64,000 nt of DNA, from the NCBI RefSeq assembly GCF_006345805.1, contig NC_043002.1, positions 8,804,001 to 8,868,000 of the forward strand. Direction: 5' to 3'. This document shows, piece after piece, positions 11,791 through 25,094 of the stretch (its first letter is position 1; each line of letters starts with the position of its first letter). The notes under the pieces are model-generated. The model was not told the DNA's origin. It ran no database searches and saw nothing but the letters and a program-made list of their open reading frames with translations. The DNA comes from Octopus sinensis (taxonomy: Eukaryota). The position numbers and the translations under genes were made by a program.

Positions 11791-12619
11791 CTCTCCGTAT
11801 ATGTTTATATATATATATATACACACACATAAACGATCCAGAGATCCGAGTCTGAGTACAAGAAGTTGGTAAGCTTCAAGCAGTAAGTGGCAGATATAGA
11901 GAACAAAAAGTGAACAGTATAGGATAAAAGACTATAACAATTTATTAGCATCGAGAATTACAGATTTTTCCCGCGTCAAAGTTGTGAGGAAATACGATAA
12001 GCTGATAGTTTCTATGTAGCTCACAGTTAGTAACTAAAGCTGGGACAAATGCGAATAAAAATCCAAATTGAGGGAGTGAAACAGGTAAAATGCATACTAC
12101 ATATGTTTCTAATGTTTCGTGATACAATTATTGTGCAATGTAGCTAATCATCAGATTGAGATTATCTTAATGAAATGAAGGTTACATTATCACTCGGAAT
12201 TTGTAAGTCAACTACACCACAGTGGTGTGTTCAACTAAATAGGGAAGCCAGTAGTAAGAAAAATCAAAATAAACAAAAATTGAAAAATAAAAGAATCAAG
12301 AAATAGGTTAAGAGAACCAATGAGCAACAAAGGGTGAGACCCAAAATATGCAAGAGTGGGTGTGGTTTAGAGTTGAGGGGTAGGAAGAAAATGGGAAAGA
12401 GAAGGAAGGAAGGGGTCAAAGAAGAAAAGGATTGCTATCGTTAAGGGGAAAATATTGCGGTCATAAACTTCCATTCCAAAGATGTGACGATAGATTTTAC
12501 CAACAGCAAGAATGCTGTCGTCCAAGTTAATAAGGGTAAAGGGGTAGCGATCGCTGGGCAGAATACTGGATGACAGGACATCGGCATGCCCATCTACATC
12601 ACAATACATACGCACACCC

Positions 12620-13000
12620 ACACACCTACACAAATACTTGCACACATACGTAACATAAAAATTCTTAGGAATGAATGAACGTTCTATGTTCATAATCACA
12701 TAATAACATAGGCATATGCATATATAGATACACACACTATATACATACCGCTTACATACATGCATACATATACTTGCACATAAATGCATGCGCATACACA
12801 ACCATACGCATAAACACACCTACGCACAAACATACATACACAGACACAAACATGTATATACATATGCACATACACACACGAATATAAATTAACATATATA
12901 AATACAGCTATACTCATACACACGCCCACATACGCATGCATATATACATATAAATATAGATATACTAAAATATTCGTGCACACATGTATATCTTATATAT
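12620..13000. repeat. Degenerate (CA)/(CATA) low-complexity tract
   Basis: Direct reading. Confidence 0.85.
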
Positions 13001-14199
13001 AAATGGTAATTTCTATCTGTCTGTTACCATCTTACTGCGAACCAATATTCACGAAACTTTGCATACATGTTACACTAACATCCAGTTCAATAATAGGCTA
13101 ATTGTATTTCAATAAAAATCTATGATGTGCCCCCTAATTGGGCGAATTATATGATAAAATGAGAAGGGTGCAAAACGAATTAGTATGAGGGAACCGTAGT
13201 AGCAGAATGTGGTTAATATCAGGGAAGGGAAGAACAGCGTTATGTAAGCGACAAATATAGAGTGGCAATGGGACGATAATGTTAATACAGCTGTCATATA
13301 CACGTGGCGCTACATACATACTCTCGTAAATACATAGATACATGCACATACACACAAGTAACTTTTAAAACGATGAAGAAGGGAGAGAAAAATGGGTGTG
13401 AGGAATACGTAGCTTTAAGGAGAGAAGGAGTAGGTGGCTTTTCTGCTATCCATCACAAAGAAACACTCACACACGGACACACACACATACATACATATAT
13501 AAACATACGTACGTACATACATACATACATACATACATACACGTCTACTGTACACCATTTTAAACTTGTGATCACCTGTGTGTACGCTTGGAAATGTGCG
13601 TACGTACGTGTGTGTGTTTGTGGCGTCCTATAACTGTCTGTCTCCCTACTTTTGTAGGGTCTTCCCAGTTGCTATCACATACTGTGAGATTTTAAAATTA
13701 CGTCAAAATTTTCAACTTTCGTATGCTGAAATCATTTCCCCCGTTAAATCCGATTTTGTTATTTATTTGTTCCAGAAAAATTGCAGAAAAATGTTACTGA
13801 GGTTTAAAGTTTGATCAATTTTCCCTAATCAGAAGACAGGATTTGGAAGCTGGCGTTTTCTGCAAGATAGTTGTCTATCGCAAAATGAAAGCAAAATCAT
13901 CATCAGGAGGAGGAATTTTTATGAAACAAACGAAAGCAAAGCATTACCACAACCAAAGTTGTAAGAACTTCTGAAGTTTTGAGAAGTTTTAATAAATAAA
14001 ATCATGTGAAACGGTCGAAAAAATATGTAAGTAATTCAAAAAGGGAAAAATATGTCAACGAAGTTTTTTTGCTAAAAATTGCACAAATCTATTCTGATGA
14101 AGCGGCCTAAAGCAACATAAAAAACGACCCTTCAACATTATTGTTATTTATATCAATTTATGACAATAACTATTTTTATAACTGTATATATTTTTATAT

Positions 14200-14601
14200 T
14201 ATATATATATAAAAGAGAGGTTGTGTGCTGTCTGTCCCCTACGATTTTAGATTCCTAACTACTCCCACATTTTGCGGTGCAGTTTAACCATAACCAGGTA
14301 TCTTATAGTCGTGATTCATATCGAGCCCTTCTGGGTATTAGCGCGCGTCTACGATGAGTCTACGATTTAAAAAATAATTTACCATCATTTTTTCCATTTT
14401 AATGCACTTTTTCGCTATTATATAAGGGAAGTAACTCTCTAAAAATGTCTACGATGAGTCAACAATTTAAAGAAAAATTTACCATATTTTTTTTCCATTT
14501 TTAATGCATTTTTTTTTGCTATTTTTTGGTTATAATTCTCTAAAAATGCTTATATAGTTATTTCCCTTACAAACCCGAGCAACGCCGGACGATACTGCTA
14601 G
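14200..14601 (+). mobile_element. Non-autonomous Helitron, subtype 2 (internal duplication)
   Basis: Same termini as 4708-5106; the CTACGATGAGTC...TTTAATGCA block is present twice. Confidence 0.85.
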
Positions 14602-14919
14602 TTATGTATAAATTTTAATGGCACGCTGTATTTTTTCTGTTTGATCATTTAATGCTTTCATTATGTTTTCAGTATGATATATATAATTTTCTTTGTAGAT
14701 TCCTCCCTGATGTTGTTCTGTCTTATGGTTATTAACCAAATTGAATAAATCAAATTAAATTTGATGGATTTTATAAGCGATGAACTGAAACAACTGTAGG
14801 TCTTGGCAATGTATTAATAAACTTTCATTAATCTTATCTCCATCTTCTCCCTTGGGTTTATAATCATCATATACATACATACATACATACATACATACAT
14901 ACATACAACATACATACAT

Positions 14920-14959
<40 letters not shown>

Positions 14960-15790
14960 ATATATGCACCTCGCTCTTGGACCCGACGAGACCTCCCGCT
15001 CGTTCCTGGGACCGTCGTCTGTCGTTGGGTTCTCCCACACCCGTCTCCGCGGGACCACTCTTCCATCTTCCCCTCAGCTGGAGTCCTTTTTCCTTAACCC
15101 CCCCTTTTTTTGGTTACACACACGCGCACACATACACACACCCACTCACACACACACATTGCTTAAATATATACATTACTCTTACACACATTCAATCTAC
15201 TCGCCATTAATACTACCACGACACTGGACACACACACACACTACTACTCAACACACGCTGGCACGCTACATACACCCCACCCCTTCCCCTCCCTCCCTTC
15301 CTCCTTCCTTCATTTTCTTACTACTGACCACTGTCTGCTATGCCTACTACTGTCTCGCCCTACCTCACACGCCTACACACAGACGCACACACTAACACAT
15401 ACATATATTTTTTGTTTTTTTATCTCGCCTCACACACACATACACACACGCACACGCACACACTCACACATACACACACATCTGTTGCGTTACCAACCCT
15501 GTCTCCACTCTTTTGGCTTTAAAAACCTACTTTGCTCTTGTTATCGTAAACTTCCGCCTTTCACCATGTGTACTTCGTAAACACCAGTCGTTTTTTTCTC
15601 CATCTCCTGTTGCCCGCTTTGGGATCTTTCTTTCCTCTCTCTTCCTTCTTTATGTTTCCGACGAAGAGCTCCGCTCGAAACGTCATACCTTCCTGCTTCC
15701 ATATTTCCTGAGCGCCTATTAATAATAATACTGTAATTGTTCCACTGTTGTTGTTTTTTTGTTTTCCCGTTTGGATTAAAATTATATATA
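14960..15790 (+). mobile_element. Penelope-type terminal repeat region with microsatellites and hammerhead-like motif at 15654-15688
   Basis: GTTT-CCGACGA-A-GAGC TCC GCTC-GAAA-C-GTC-ATAC; family assignment inferred from the motif. Confidence 0.5.
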
Positions 15791-16501
15791 TATATATATA
15801 ATGCAAAATAGGACAAGAACACAAAACATCCGGGCAACTAGGTGATACAAAAAGGGACAACAAAACATCCAGATAGACGATACGAAAAAACAAGGACGGG
15901 TCATTCAAAGCTCTCTATCTTCAGTCAAGAACCAGATCATCCTTGTAATTTCGGCTGATTAATCTTGAGATTGCTCCAATCTGGCCAGCCCCAAGGAAAA
16001 ACGAAGCTAAGAGCAGTAGATTCCTTGGAAGAAACTATCGAATGTATACAAAAACAAGGACGGAAAAACAGACAATGTTACACAAATATAAATACAATAA
16101 TAATACATGAGAGTGTATATAAATTGATCAGATAAAGGTGAGGTGTGCGAGTAGATGTTTATTTAATTAGAATACGGCTGTTTCATAATCTTGTTAGTTA
16201 CCTAATAGATGTTGCACGAAGATTAATACACATATGGAATATACGTATAGAAACACACACACACACACACACAAACACACACACGTACATACATATGCAT
16301 GTGTATACACATATAGAAGTGTACTGATATTGCGGCCTACAGACTAATCCCCAGAACGATTCATCGTGTTTCAAGACTTCCAACCACCATGTATATGTAT
16401 TCTGTGTGTGTATGTGTGCGTGCGTGCGCATGTATTTACTGTCTGTAGAAGTGTAGAATAGACCAACTTCAAAACATTAATTCTCTCTCAAATATAAGAT
16501 A

Positions 16502-16895
16502 CTAGCAGTATCGCCCGGCGTTGCTCGGGTTTGTAAGGGAAATAACTATATAAGCATTTTTAGAGATGTAAAGTATAATAGCCATCTCAATATGGCTAAC
16601 CACAAAGGGGGGGTTACTGTAGCTTTTTACGTTCTGAGATTTAATAATAAATTTTTAGAGAGTTACTTCCCTTATATATGCCAAAATGCATTAAAAATGG
16701 GAAAAATTGATGGTAAATTGTTTTTTAAAATCGTATACTCATCGTAGACGCGCGCTAATACCCAGAAGGGCTCGATATGAATCACGACTATAAGTTACCC
16801 GGTTTTGGTTAAACTGCACCGAAAAATGTGGGAGTAGTTAGGAATCTAAATCGTAGGAGACAGACAGCACACAACCTCACTTTTATATATAAAGA
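16502..16895 (-). mobile_element. Non-autonomous Helitron, subtype 1
   Basis: Reverse complement of the 4708-5106 family; CTAG, hairpin and TC ends. Confidence 0.88.
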
Positions 16896-17632
16896 TTATA
16901 GCAGTGTTTGTTCCGTTGTAAGTATTTGGAGAATGTCTTTTGTTCCTCTCATAAGGAATTTGTCTGTGATTCTGCCGCCGGCCACGCATCTACTTGCTTT
17001 GCCAGCCAAGTTCCTCTTGTGTCTGCGTAAATTTGGGTTGTATACATCATGCACTTGTCGCGAGTGTCAAATCAAACAAAACAACCATAAGTTGATGACA
17101 AAATAAACAATTTCCATCCTCGACCCTAGCTGGCATTTTTTTCTTGTTTATATCCTCCTGACACACACTAAAACAAAATTCGCATTAATTTGAGGCTAAC
17201 GGAGAGACGTTTTATCAATTTTACTATGTTTTTTTTTTATTTCTTAATTTTTTTTTTTTTTTTTTGCTTCTACTGTTCATTTTCCTTAACTTTATTCAGT
17301 ACTTTTAGTTCAAAGCACTGACATTTCGATTGCCTTATAAGTCATTAGACTGTATTATTATTCACGGTGGAGGATAATTTGTGAGATCGCTTTTCTAATA
17401 GATGTCAGCGGAACTGTTTTTATTTATTTATTCTGTTTAGCCGTTCTATTGTAGAGAGAGAGTAGGCTTGACACAGAGGAATAAATCTTCATTTGTCGTT
17501 AGAGCAGAGAGTCGTCTTGTTAACTCTTCAGCTCAGATTTTTGCATTCTACAATTTAACGTATTTCAACGCTTCTTTGATAAGTTCTCTTCAGTTCTCTT
17601 AGTAATTTTTCTTCTTCTCTGCATATACTTAA

Positions 17633-18025
17633 CTAGCAGTATCGCCCGGCGTTACTCGGGTTTGTAAGGGAAATAACTATATAAGCATTTTTAGTGATGT
17701 AAAGTATAATAGCCATCTCAATATGGCTAACCACAAAGGGGGGGGGTTACTGTAGCTTTTTACGTTCTGAGATTTAATAATGAATTTTTAGAGAGTTACT
17801 TCCCTTATATATGCCAAAAATGCATTAAAAATGGGAAAAATTGATGGTAAATTTTTTTTTAAATCTTAGACTCATCGTAGACGCGCGCTAATACCCAGAA
17901 GGGCTCGATATGAATCACGACTATAAGATACCCGGTTTTGGTTAAACTGCACCGCAAAATGTGGGAGTAGTTAGGAATCTAAATCGTAGGAGACAGACAC
18001 ACAACCTTACTTTTATATATAAAGA
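17633..18025 (-). mobile_element. Non-autonomous Helitron, subtype 1
   Basis: As above. Confidence 0.88.
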
Positions 18026-18213
18026 TGTACACAAATATTACTTTATGAATAATCATGAATCCTAGCTGGATTGTCACTTATGGTCGTCAAATTTTAAAAA
18101 ATTAATTCTAATTGCATTTCGATGAGTCGGAATACGTATACGCCCTGTGTAAAACATTTAGCTTATGTGAAAGAAACTATTAAATATTGTTTTCTCTATT
18201 TAATTGATACTCT

Positions 18214-18636
18214 GGATCTTTTCGGTTTGACCGGCAGTTTTTTCAAATAATTTCCACGTAACTAAACACTTTTAAACTTCGTATACTGGTAGAATGTGTC
18301 TATAAAACATCTTTTTCTCTTAGCTTTATTGAGAAAATTCTATTGTTTGTAAGATATTTGTTGTTGTTTTTTCTTCAATTTCTGCAATTTCAACCAATCA
18401 ATGACGTCCATTGAGGTCAAATACGTTCTGTGTCGTATGAATATGTCCCTCATTTAAGAAACAGATTGGGTTTATTTACACTTGTGAAGAAAAAAGATAC
18501 CCTCCCCCCCTAACCCTAACTAACCCTAACCCTAAAACAGATTGAAATGCAATAGATCGATATTAGGGTCATAATTATGGGTGACAATTTCATATGACAC
18601 CGCTAGAAAAAACTGCCGTTCAAACCGAAAAGATCC
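18214..18636 (+). mobile_element. GGATC-ended MITE (~29-bp TIRs) with internal (CCCTAA)n
   Basis: GGATCTTTTCGGTTTGACCGGCAGTTTT ... AAAACTGCCGTTCAAACCGAAAAGATCC. Confidence 0.9.
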
Positions 18637-18779
18637 CACATCTGTGCAGCTTAGAATTCCAGTATGAGTTCCCTGGAGTATATATTATGCATAATGTGTA
18701 TATAATCAATATTAGCATTAAATCTTAAATTTACTCTGGCTGGATTGGTGATAATGCGAACGAGAGGTCATGCTTGAAA

Positions 18780-19350
18780 TTTCTCATTTAAACTTTTTTT
18801 TTTGAGCATAAAACAGTAGAAGGATTCTTCCCTGATGTTCAAAATTTTTGATGTTGAAGTTATGATCTTGAAATTCTCTGCAAAATAGAGGTTGCGTCCG
18901 CTGCATCATCCCTTATATTTGCTGGACTTAGCAATGGTGCTCCGGTTTATTTGGGATTTGTCCATGTGCCTCTCTTTAAGTTTCCATACAATAGTGGCTA
19001 AAGATGTTACTTATCTATCATTCTTATCTCTAAACTAAGTCATGTGTTGCGTGTATCTTTTCTCCGGGGTATTTCCAATTATTCAGTGATATTAGACGAA
19101 TTCCACCACCAAAGTTATATACGAAAAGACACACGCGCGCACACATACACACACACATATATGGTGAAAGAATGCATGTGTGAATATAGGGTTGTTTCGA
19201 AATGCTGCAACGGCAATATAGTTCGAGAGTCGATGGATTATGAATGTTATATATTGTAACGGTTCTGTAATTGCTGGTAAAGCACAAGTAAACTTTTGAA
19301 AAATATGTTTCGATTCTCGGTTGAATCATTTTTAGTTGGGCTATGGCAAT
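18780..19350 (-). mobile_element. Penelope-like element remnant (linker plus GIY-YIG C-terminus), highly degenerate
   Basis: IVWKLKERHMDKSQINRSTIAKSSKYKG*CSGRNLYFAENFKIITS..KILNIREE parallels the Penelope C-terminus at 5830-6180. Confidence 0.55.
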
Positions 19351-19450
19351 ATCGCCCTTGGGAAATGTATGAACTTCACAACTTCTCAGTTTTCTTTTTC
19401 TTAAATGTCAGAGTTATTTTGGCTCGTAAAAATAACTAAATCGTCATTAT

Positions 19451-19615
19451 CAGGAGTGGCTGTGCGGTAAGTAGCTTGCTTACCAACCACGTGGTTCCGG
19501 GTTCAGTCCCACTGCGTGGCACCTTGGGCAAGTGTCTTCTACTATAGCCTCGGACCGACCAAGGCCTTGTGAGTGGATTTGGTAGATGGAAACTGAAAGA
19601 AGCCCGTCGTATATA

Positions 19616-19646
<31 letters not shown>

Positions 19647-19862
19647 TTGTGTGTCTGTGTTTGTCCCCCCAACATCACTTGACAACCGATGCTGGTGTGT
19701 TTACGTCCCCGTAACTTAGCGGCTCGGCAAAAGAGACCGATAAAATAAGCACTAGGCTTCCAAAGAATAAGTCCTGGGGTCGATTTGCTCGACTAAAGGC
19801 GGTGCTCCAGCATGGCCGCAATTAGATGACTGAAACAAGTAAAAGAGTGAAGAGTAAAGAGT
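19451..19862 (+). mobile_element. tRNA-derived SINE family B, full length
   Basis: GGAGTGGCTGTGCGGTAAG head, GGTTCAGTCCC B-box, internal (GT)n, (AAGAGT)n tail. Confidence 0.92.
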
Positions 19863-20204
19863 ATCATACTCATCATCGGTCGCCGTCAACTTTATGATCA
19901 TCATTGTTTTATGACATAAGTTACATCTGTCTTAAGTTTTATTTCCTCAATATGTTTGCTGTATTTGTGTGCTTATCAGTTGAGGAATCACAACTGAAGA
20001 AAGAGAAAGGTTTCATTGCGTCAGAAGGAAGGAGGAAGAGATAGGTTGTGTCTATGTATGAGTGTTGTGTGCGTGTGTGGATAAGATAGGTGTGGGTAGA
20101 CTGTAAGCATGGCATTTACGTTCAAAAACGGCTTCCACTGTAAATTAAATAAGAGCAAAGAAAAAAAAGAGAAAAAACGAGCCAAATGAGTGACAGATAT
20201 TGTA

Positions 20205-20325
20205 AGAGAGAGAGAGAGAGAGTGGGATGGAGGGAGAGAAGAAGAAGAAGAAAGAAGAAGAAGAAGAAGAAGAAGAAGAAGAAGAAGAAGAAGAAGAAGA
20301 AGAAGAAGAAGAAGAAGAAGAAGAA
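20205..20325. repeat. (GA)n plus (GAA)n microsatellite
   Basis: Direct reading. Confidence 0.95.
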
Positions 20326-20330
20326 ATTTT

Positions 20331-20520
20331 GGATCTTTTCATTTTGAAGGCCAGATTTTCCTAGTTAACTAAACAATTTGAAACTTCGTATACTGGTAGA
20401 ATGTGTCAAAAGAAAACATTATTGTAAACAAAATTGAAAACAAAATTGTTATTCGTAACTTAAACGGAGTTTAATTTTAAGAATTTTAACCAATGAAATC
20501 GCAGCATTCGAGCTCAAATT
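20331..20520 (+). mobile_element. Diverged relative of the GGATC MITE, left end only
   Basis: GGATCTTTTCATTTTGAAGGCCAG...AAACTTCGTATACTGGTAGAATGTGTC shared with the MITE; no right TIR found. Confidence 0.6.
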
Positions 20521-20939
20521 ATTTACCTCGTCTTCTGTCTTCTACATGTGCTAGAAATAACAGCTATATCTCTTAATCGATTAATTTAGTCGCCCAATAA
20601 AAATATTACGATATTTTCTTTATTGTTTTTTTACCGAAAAGGCTTCTCCCATGGTTTTGAAGGGCAGAAAACAACAAAAACACAATAATATGCCTAAATC
20701 GGTCTCGAGTTTGCGCGTGGAGTGTGAGTAGTATTGTAAAAATTTGCGAAATATTTTTTCATAAAAGGATGCCCCCAGCTTGTCGGAAGCTGAAATTTTT
20801 ACAGTTATCATGAGTGGTGAGAGATAGAGTGAAAAATGAAGCTTGGTTTTTAGCAGAATATGGAGGAAATGAGTAAATACGGTTATCAAAACAAGTTGCA
20901 TTCGTATTTGTGAGCATTTGCTTGCATATGTAGTGATCC

Positions 20940-21330
20940 GACAACGGCGCGCGCTCGCGCACCGCCCATTTGTATTTCGCGCGTGTTGGTGCCTTTACCA
21001 AGGCACAGAAAGGAAGGCCCCTCTCGCGCATGCGCGAACCACCGGTAGCACGACCCTATTGCCTACGTAGCAGTTAGCGAGGCAAGGGGGTCGTAGAACG
21101 TTTGACCACTAGCAGCAGTCATCGAGGACTTGGGACCCAGCGATTGACGGCGACGGTCACGCATATATTCTCTCCGTTCGAACTGATTCTAGCAGTCCTT
21201 TACCAAAAGGGCTTTAACCAAATTGTTGCAGACCAACATCGTCTCCATTGTTCGACGCCATCTTGAATCCGTTTCTGTTTTTGGGCTGAATATTGTAAAT
21301 ATTACAATCTATTAACTTTCAGCCTTGCGC
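20940..21330. promoter_or_regulatory. CpG-dense promoter-like island with NRF1-type palindrome and YY1-type motif
   Basis: Perfect palindrome TCGCGCATGCGCGA (21024-21037), CGCCATCTTG (~21256-21265), high CpG density in non-repetitive sequence. Confidence 0.65.
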
Positions 21331-21604
21331 GCCCAGAACCAAGGACATCAGATAACACACTTATTGTTATTGTTTACCAAGAAAGAGAATAAAGTAGTAT
21401 ATATATATTTTACGTCTGCGTCTTGTTGTTTCTGACTAGTAGAGATTCTGGATTATTAAAGCAACGGCTAGTGAGTGATTGCTTTGTGCACCCCAAAAGT
21501 GCACAAGAGATATTTACTTCACACTAAGCTCGTTTCACATACATACGCACGTATATACATACATACATACATACATACATACATACATACATACATACAT
21601 ACAT

Positions 21605-21780
21605 ACAAGTCGATCTTCCGAACGAATGAAAACATCACAAAAATTCATGAACTGATCTTGGAGGATCCTCGCCGAACAATCGATGAACCTGTTGATATAA
21701 CTGGTATGTCCTGGAACTCCTGCCAATGAATTTTGAGTGGGGAATTGCGAATGAAACGACTTGCATGTAAATTTATCGGT
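21605..21780 (+). mobile_element. mariner transposase N-terminal (HTH) fragment
   Basis: RTNENITKIHELILEDPRRTIDEPVDITGMSWNSCQ*ILSGELRMKRLACKF. Confidence 0.75.
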
Positions 21781-22198
21781 GGTAATTTAGTTTAATGGTA
21801 CAGTACTCTGCCGGAGTCTCAAGGAATGTCGGTTCGATTCCCATGGCTGTTTGTTGACAAATTTTTCCGCTTTGTAAGGGTAGTTTAACCCGTATTGCTG
21901 CTGCTCTAACGGCAATTCTGCGTTCAAAAAAATATCTTATTTGCATTGTACAATACATATTTCGACGCTTATAAGAAAAAGAAAATGTCCGTTTTGTTTA
22001 TATTTATACACTCACGCACATATATACACACATATGTGTGTATATATGTACAAATACATACATATATAGATATATATAATGTGTTGTATATAATCATATC
22101 AAAGGGAAATGGAATTTAATTAAAATTTTAAAAATTTAATTAAAATTTACATTTCCAGTGGTCTAACGTGTAAAAAAATTTAGTCAAAAAGACTATAT

Positions 22199-22408
22199 AT
22201 TAGTCATACGATATAGTGTATATTTAAACACATAATGAATCGACATTTAGGGATTCTACACGCAAGAAAGAACAGCTAGGTTCTATAACCACAAAAATTT
22301 TATCTCCAATTTTTGTGGTTATAAAACCTAGCTATTCTTTCTAGCGTGTAGAATCCCTATAAGCGGATTCATTATGTGTTTAAATATACACTATATCGTA
22401 TGACTAAT
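22199..22408. repeat. 210-bp fold-back palindrome
   Basis: Arms ~100 bp, near-perfect reverse complements around a TTATCTCC loop. Confidence 0.92.
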
Positions 22409-23381
22409 GTGTTGTATATATATGCATGTGTGATAAAAAAATAAAAATGAGAGGACCAACCAACCACTCGCATGGATGTCACTACCATCAAGTGACACAC
22501 GATGAATTACTGAACTATTTACTCGTGTTTTATACATGAAGAGAATGAATTAATTTCCCACCCTGTTTATATAATTTATATCAACGATTCTCTGCAACAA
22601 AAGAGAAAATGGAACTGACCCCAAATGGGTGTAGGAATGAAAGAACTGTTCGTTTGTATCTATGCGCATCTAAATTTCTATTTGTTGGAAAGCAATGAGG
22701 TTTTCGTGGGAAGAAGTATAATATATTTATAATGTTATTATCAGTTTGATATAATTTGACAGAGAGCAGTGGGTCTGATAGAATTGGGAGGACATCATAC
22801 AAAATTCATTGCAGAATTATTTGCAATCCATTCAAGGTCATCTTTGCCACTCATCTTTCCTAGGTTGCTGCTAAAAGGAATGTATGTTTACGGAGAATTC
22901 ACAAAAAAGTCACTAGCGATTTTTCTCTTTTTTTTTTGTGAATTAATATTTTTAATTTCATTGTTTACTTAAGATATTTGTAGGGACCTAGCTTGGCCCT
23001 GCCTGAGATTTGAAACCAGATCCACCCGCTTTTTGCTTATCAAAACAAGCGGGAAATCCTTTGTTTGCATCTCCACATCAGATAATTGATGGTTGAAACA
23101 CTTAACCCCCAAGGACCTGTGCTAGTCAAGAAAAGTTCAGTCTGTTGTTTAGGGTTTGATCTACATTACTGACCATAATCCATATAACAGAGAAAGCATT
23201 TTCTATCTCTTCCTCTTTTGTGTCAGCTATGACCAAGGAGCAACACTTCCCTTCGTATTTCACAAGACATACGAAGGGAAGCTTTCGACCTCAAGACGAT
23301 GCCACCTTTATCTTTTCTTCCTTTCTAGTCAACACGGTGCATTCCTTACTCTTTCCCTATCTACTGGCAGACAGCAGCTTC

Positions 23382-23804
23382 GGATCTTTTCGGTTTGAAC
23401 GGCAGTTTTTTAAAAATAATTTCCACGTAACTAAACACTTTCAAACTTCGTATACTGGTAGAATGTGTTTATAAAACATCTTTTTCTCTTGGCTTTATTG
23501 AGAAAATTCTATAGTTTGTAAGATATTTGTTGTTTTTTTTCTTCAATTTCTGCAATTTCAACCAATCAATGACGTCTATTGAGGTGAAAACATTCTGTGC
23601 CGTATGAATATGTCCCTCATTTAAGAAACAGATTGGGTTTATTTACATTTCTGAGGAAAAAAAGATACCCTTCCCCCACCCCTAACCCTAACCCTAACCC
23701 TAAAACAGATTGAAATGCAATAGATCGATACTAGGGTCATAATTATGGGTGACAATTTCATATGACACCGCTAGAAAAAAATGCCGTTCAAACCTAAAAG
23801 ATCC
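23382..23804 (+). mobile_element. GGATC-ended MITE with (CCCTAA)4
   Basis: TIRs at both ends; four perfect CCCTAA at 23680-23703. Confidence 0.9.
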
Positions 23805-24672
23805 TTACTTACGCTACTTCAAAAAGGATTGGCAGAGCTATTTGAGCGTCGGACTAGCTGTACGGTGTTCGTTCTGGTGGTGAATTGGCAAAGTTGTTAG
23901 ACTTGAACAGAATACATCACGGTATTTGTTCCGACTCTCTGCGCTCTAATCCCGTCGATGTCAACTTTGCCTTTTTCGCTTTGGGAAATATTGGGGTCAT
24001 AAATTTTCATATTGATTTTCATCATGGAGATAATAATGTAGCTCTAAATCTGATCCTTTATTGCCAGCAGTCCTTGTTTCAGACGAATGTATTTAATTTT
24101 CTGAATACAATTATGTTTAGTTTATGAACACATCCCTCGCGATTTAGTAGGAATACTGCCGCATGATGTTGATCATTGCTATGAAGAAGTGTTAATGGAG
24201 AAGACTGAAAGTTTCCTGGATAAACCGGGAAATTCTTTATTTATAGAACAATCAAATATACGATGAACAGCATTTTTACTTGGAGAACTTACGCCACTTA
24301 AAAAGGCCAACAATCAACAGATGTTTGAACTTTGAACCAAAAATATTCGTCATCAAAAAGGAATACGAAAAGTTTTACCAAATATGAGGACATTTCAAAC
24401 ACACATTTCAGAAATTACATAATTTTGGTGGTGAATGCCATCAGCTCATAAATTCCATTCATGAAATTATCATGGCTCCTCTCCAGATACTTAATCTTAA
24501 CGTTAATTTTGTGGATGTTTTTATATGATGGTTATTAATCAACCTGAGAAGATACGATCTATATTTGAGACATTTTTACAATTCATTGAAAGTTAGTACA
24601 TTGTCAGCGATTACTTGTGCAGCGTATCAAAGAAATATTTGGCAGCGAAAGATATGAAATGGGAAGTTTTTA

Positions 24673-25094
24673 GGATCTTTTCGCTTTGACCGGCAGTTTT
24701 TTCTAGCGGTGTCATATGAAATTGTCACCCATAATTATGACCCTAGTATCGATCTATTGCATTTCAATCTGTTTTAGGGTTAGGGGTGGGGGGAGGGGTA
24801 TCTTTTTTTCTTCAGAAATGTAAATAAACCCAATCTGTTTCTTAAACAAGGGACAATTTCCTATATCACCGCCAGAAAATGTTTACGGAGAGAATGTTTT
24901 CACCTCAATAGACGTCATTGATTGGTTGAAATTGCAGAAATTAAAGAAAATATCTTACAAACTATAGAATTTTCTCAAGAAAGCCAAAAGAAAAAGATGT
25001 TTTATAAACACATTCTACCAGTATACGAAGTTTAAAAGTGTTTAGTTACATGGAAATTATTTTTAAAAAACTGCCGGTCAAAGCGAAAAGATCC
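24673..25094 (-). mobile_element. GGATC-ended MITE, TIR-variant subfamily
   Basis: Both TIRs carry GCTTTGACC; flanks AGTTTTTA / AGTTTTTTA resemble an 8-9-bp TSD. Confidence 0.9.

Noticed and set aside
12367-12819. Possible exon DRYPFTLINLDDSILAVGKIY
   Set aside because: No recognisable homology, no polypyrimidine acceptor, and the ORF is extended by low-complexity sequence
14092-14125. Hammerhead core CTGATGA
   Set aside because: No helix II followed by GAAA
15895-15930. Minus-strand CTGAAGA...GAAT hammerhead-like motif
   Set aside because: GAAA is absent and helices II and III are poorly formed
21781-21850. tRNA-like sequence with A-box TAGTTTAATGGT and B-box GGTTCGATTCC
   Set aside because: Acceptor, anticodon and T stems do not pair; at most a decayed SINE head
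23680-23703. Telomeric repeats as a chromosome end or fusion site
   Set aside because: Only 2-4 units and always inside the MITE
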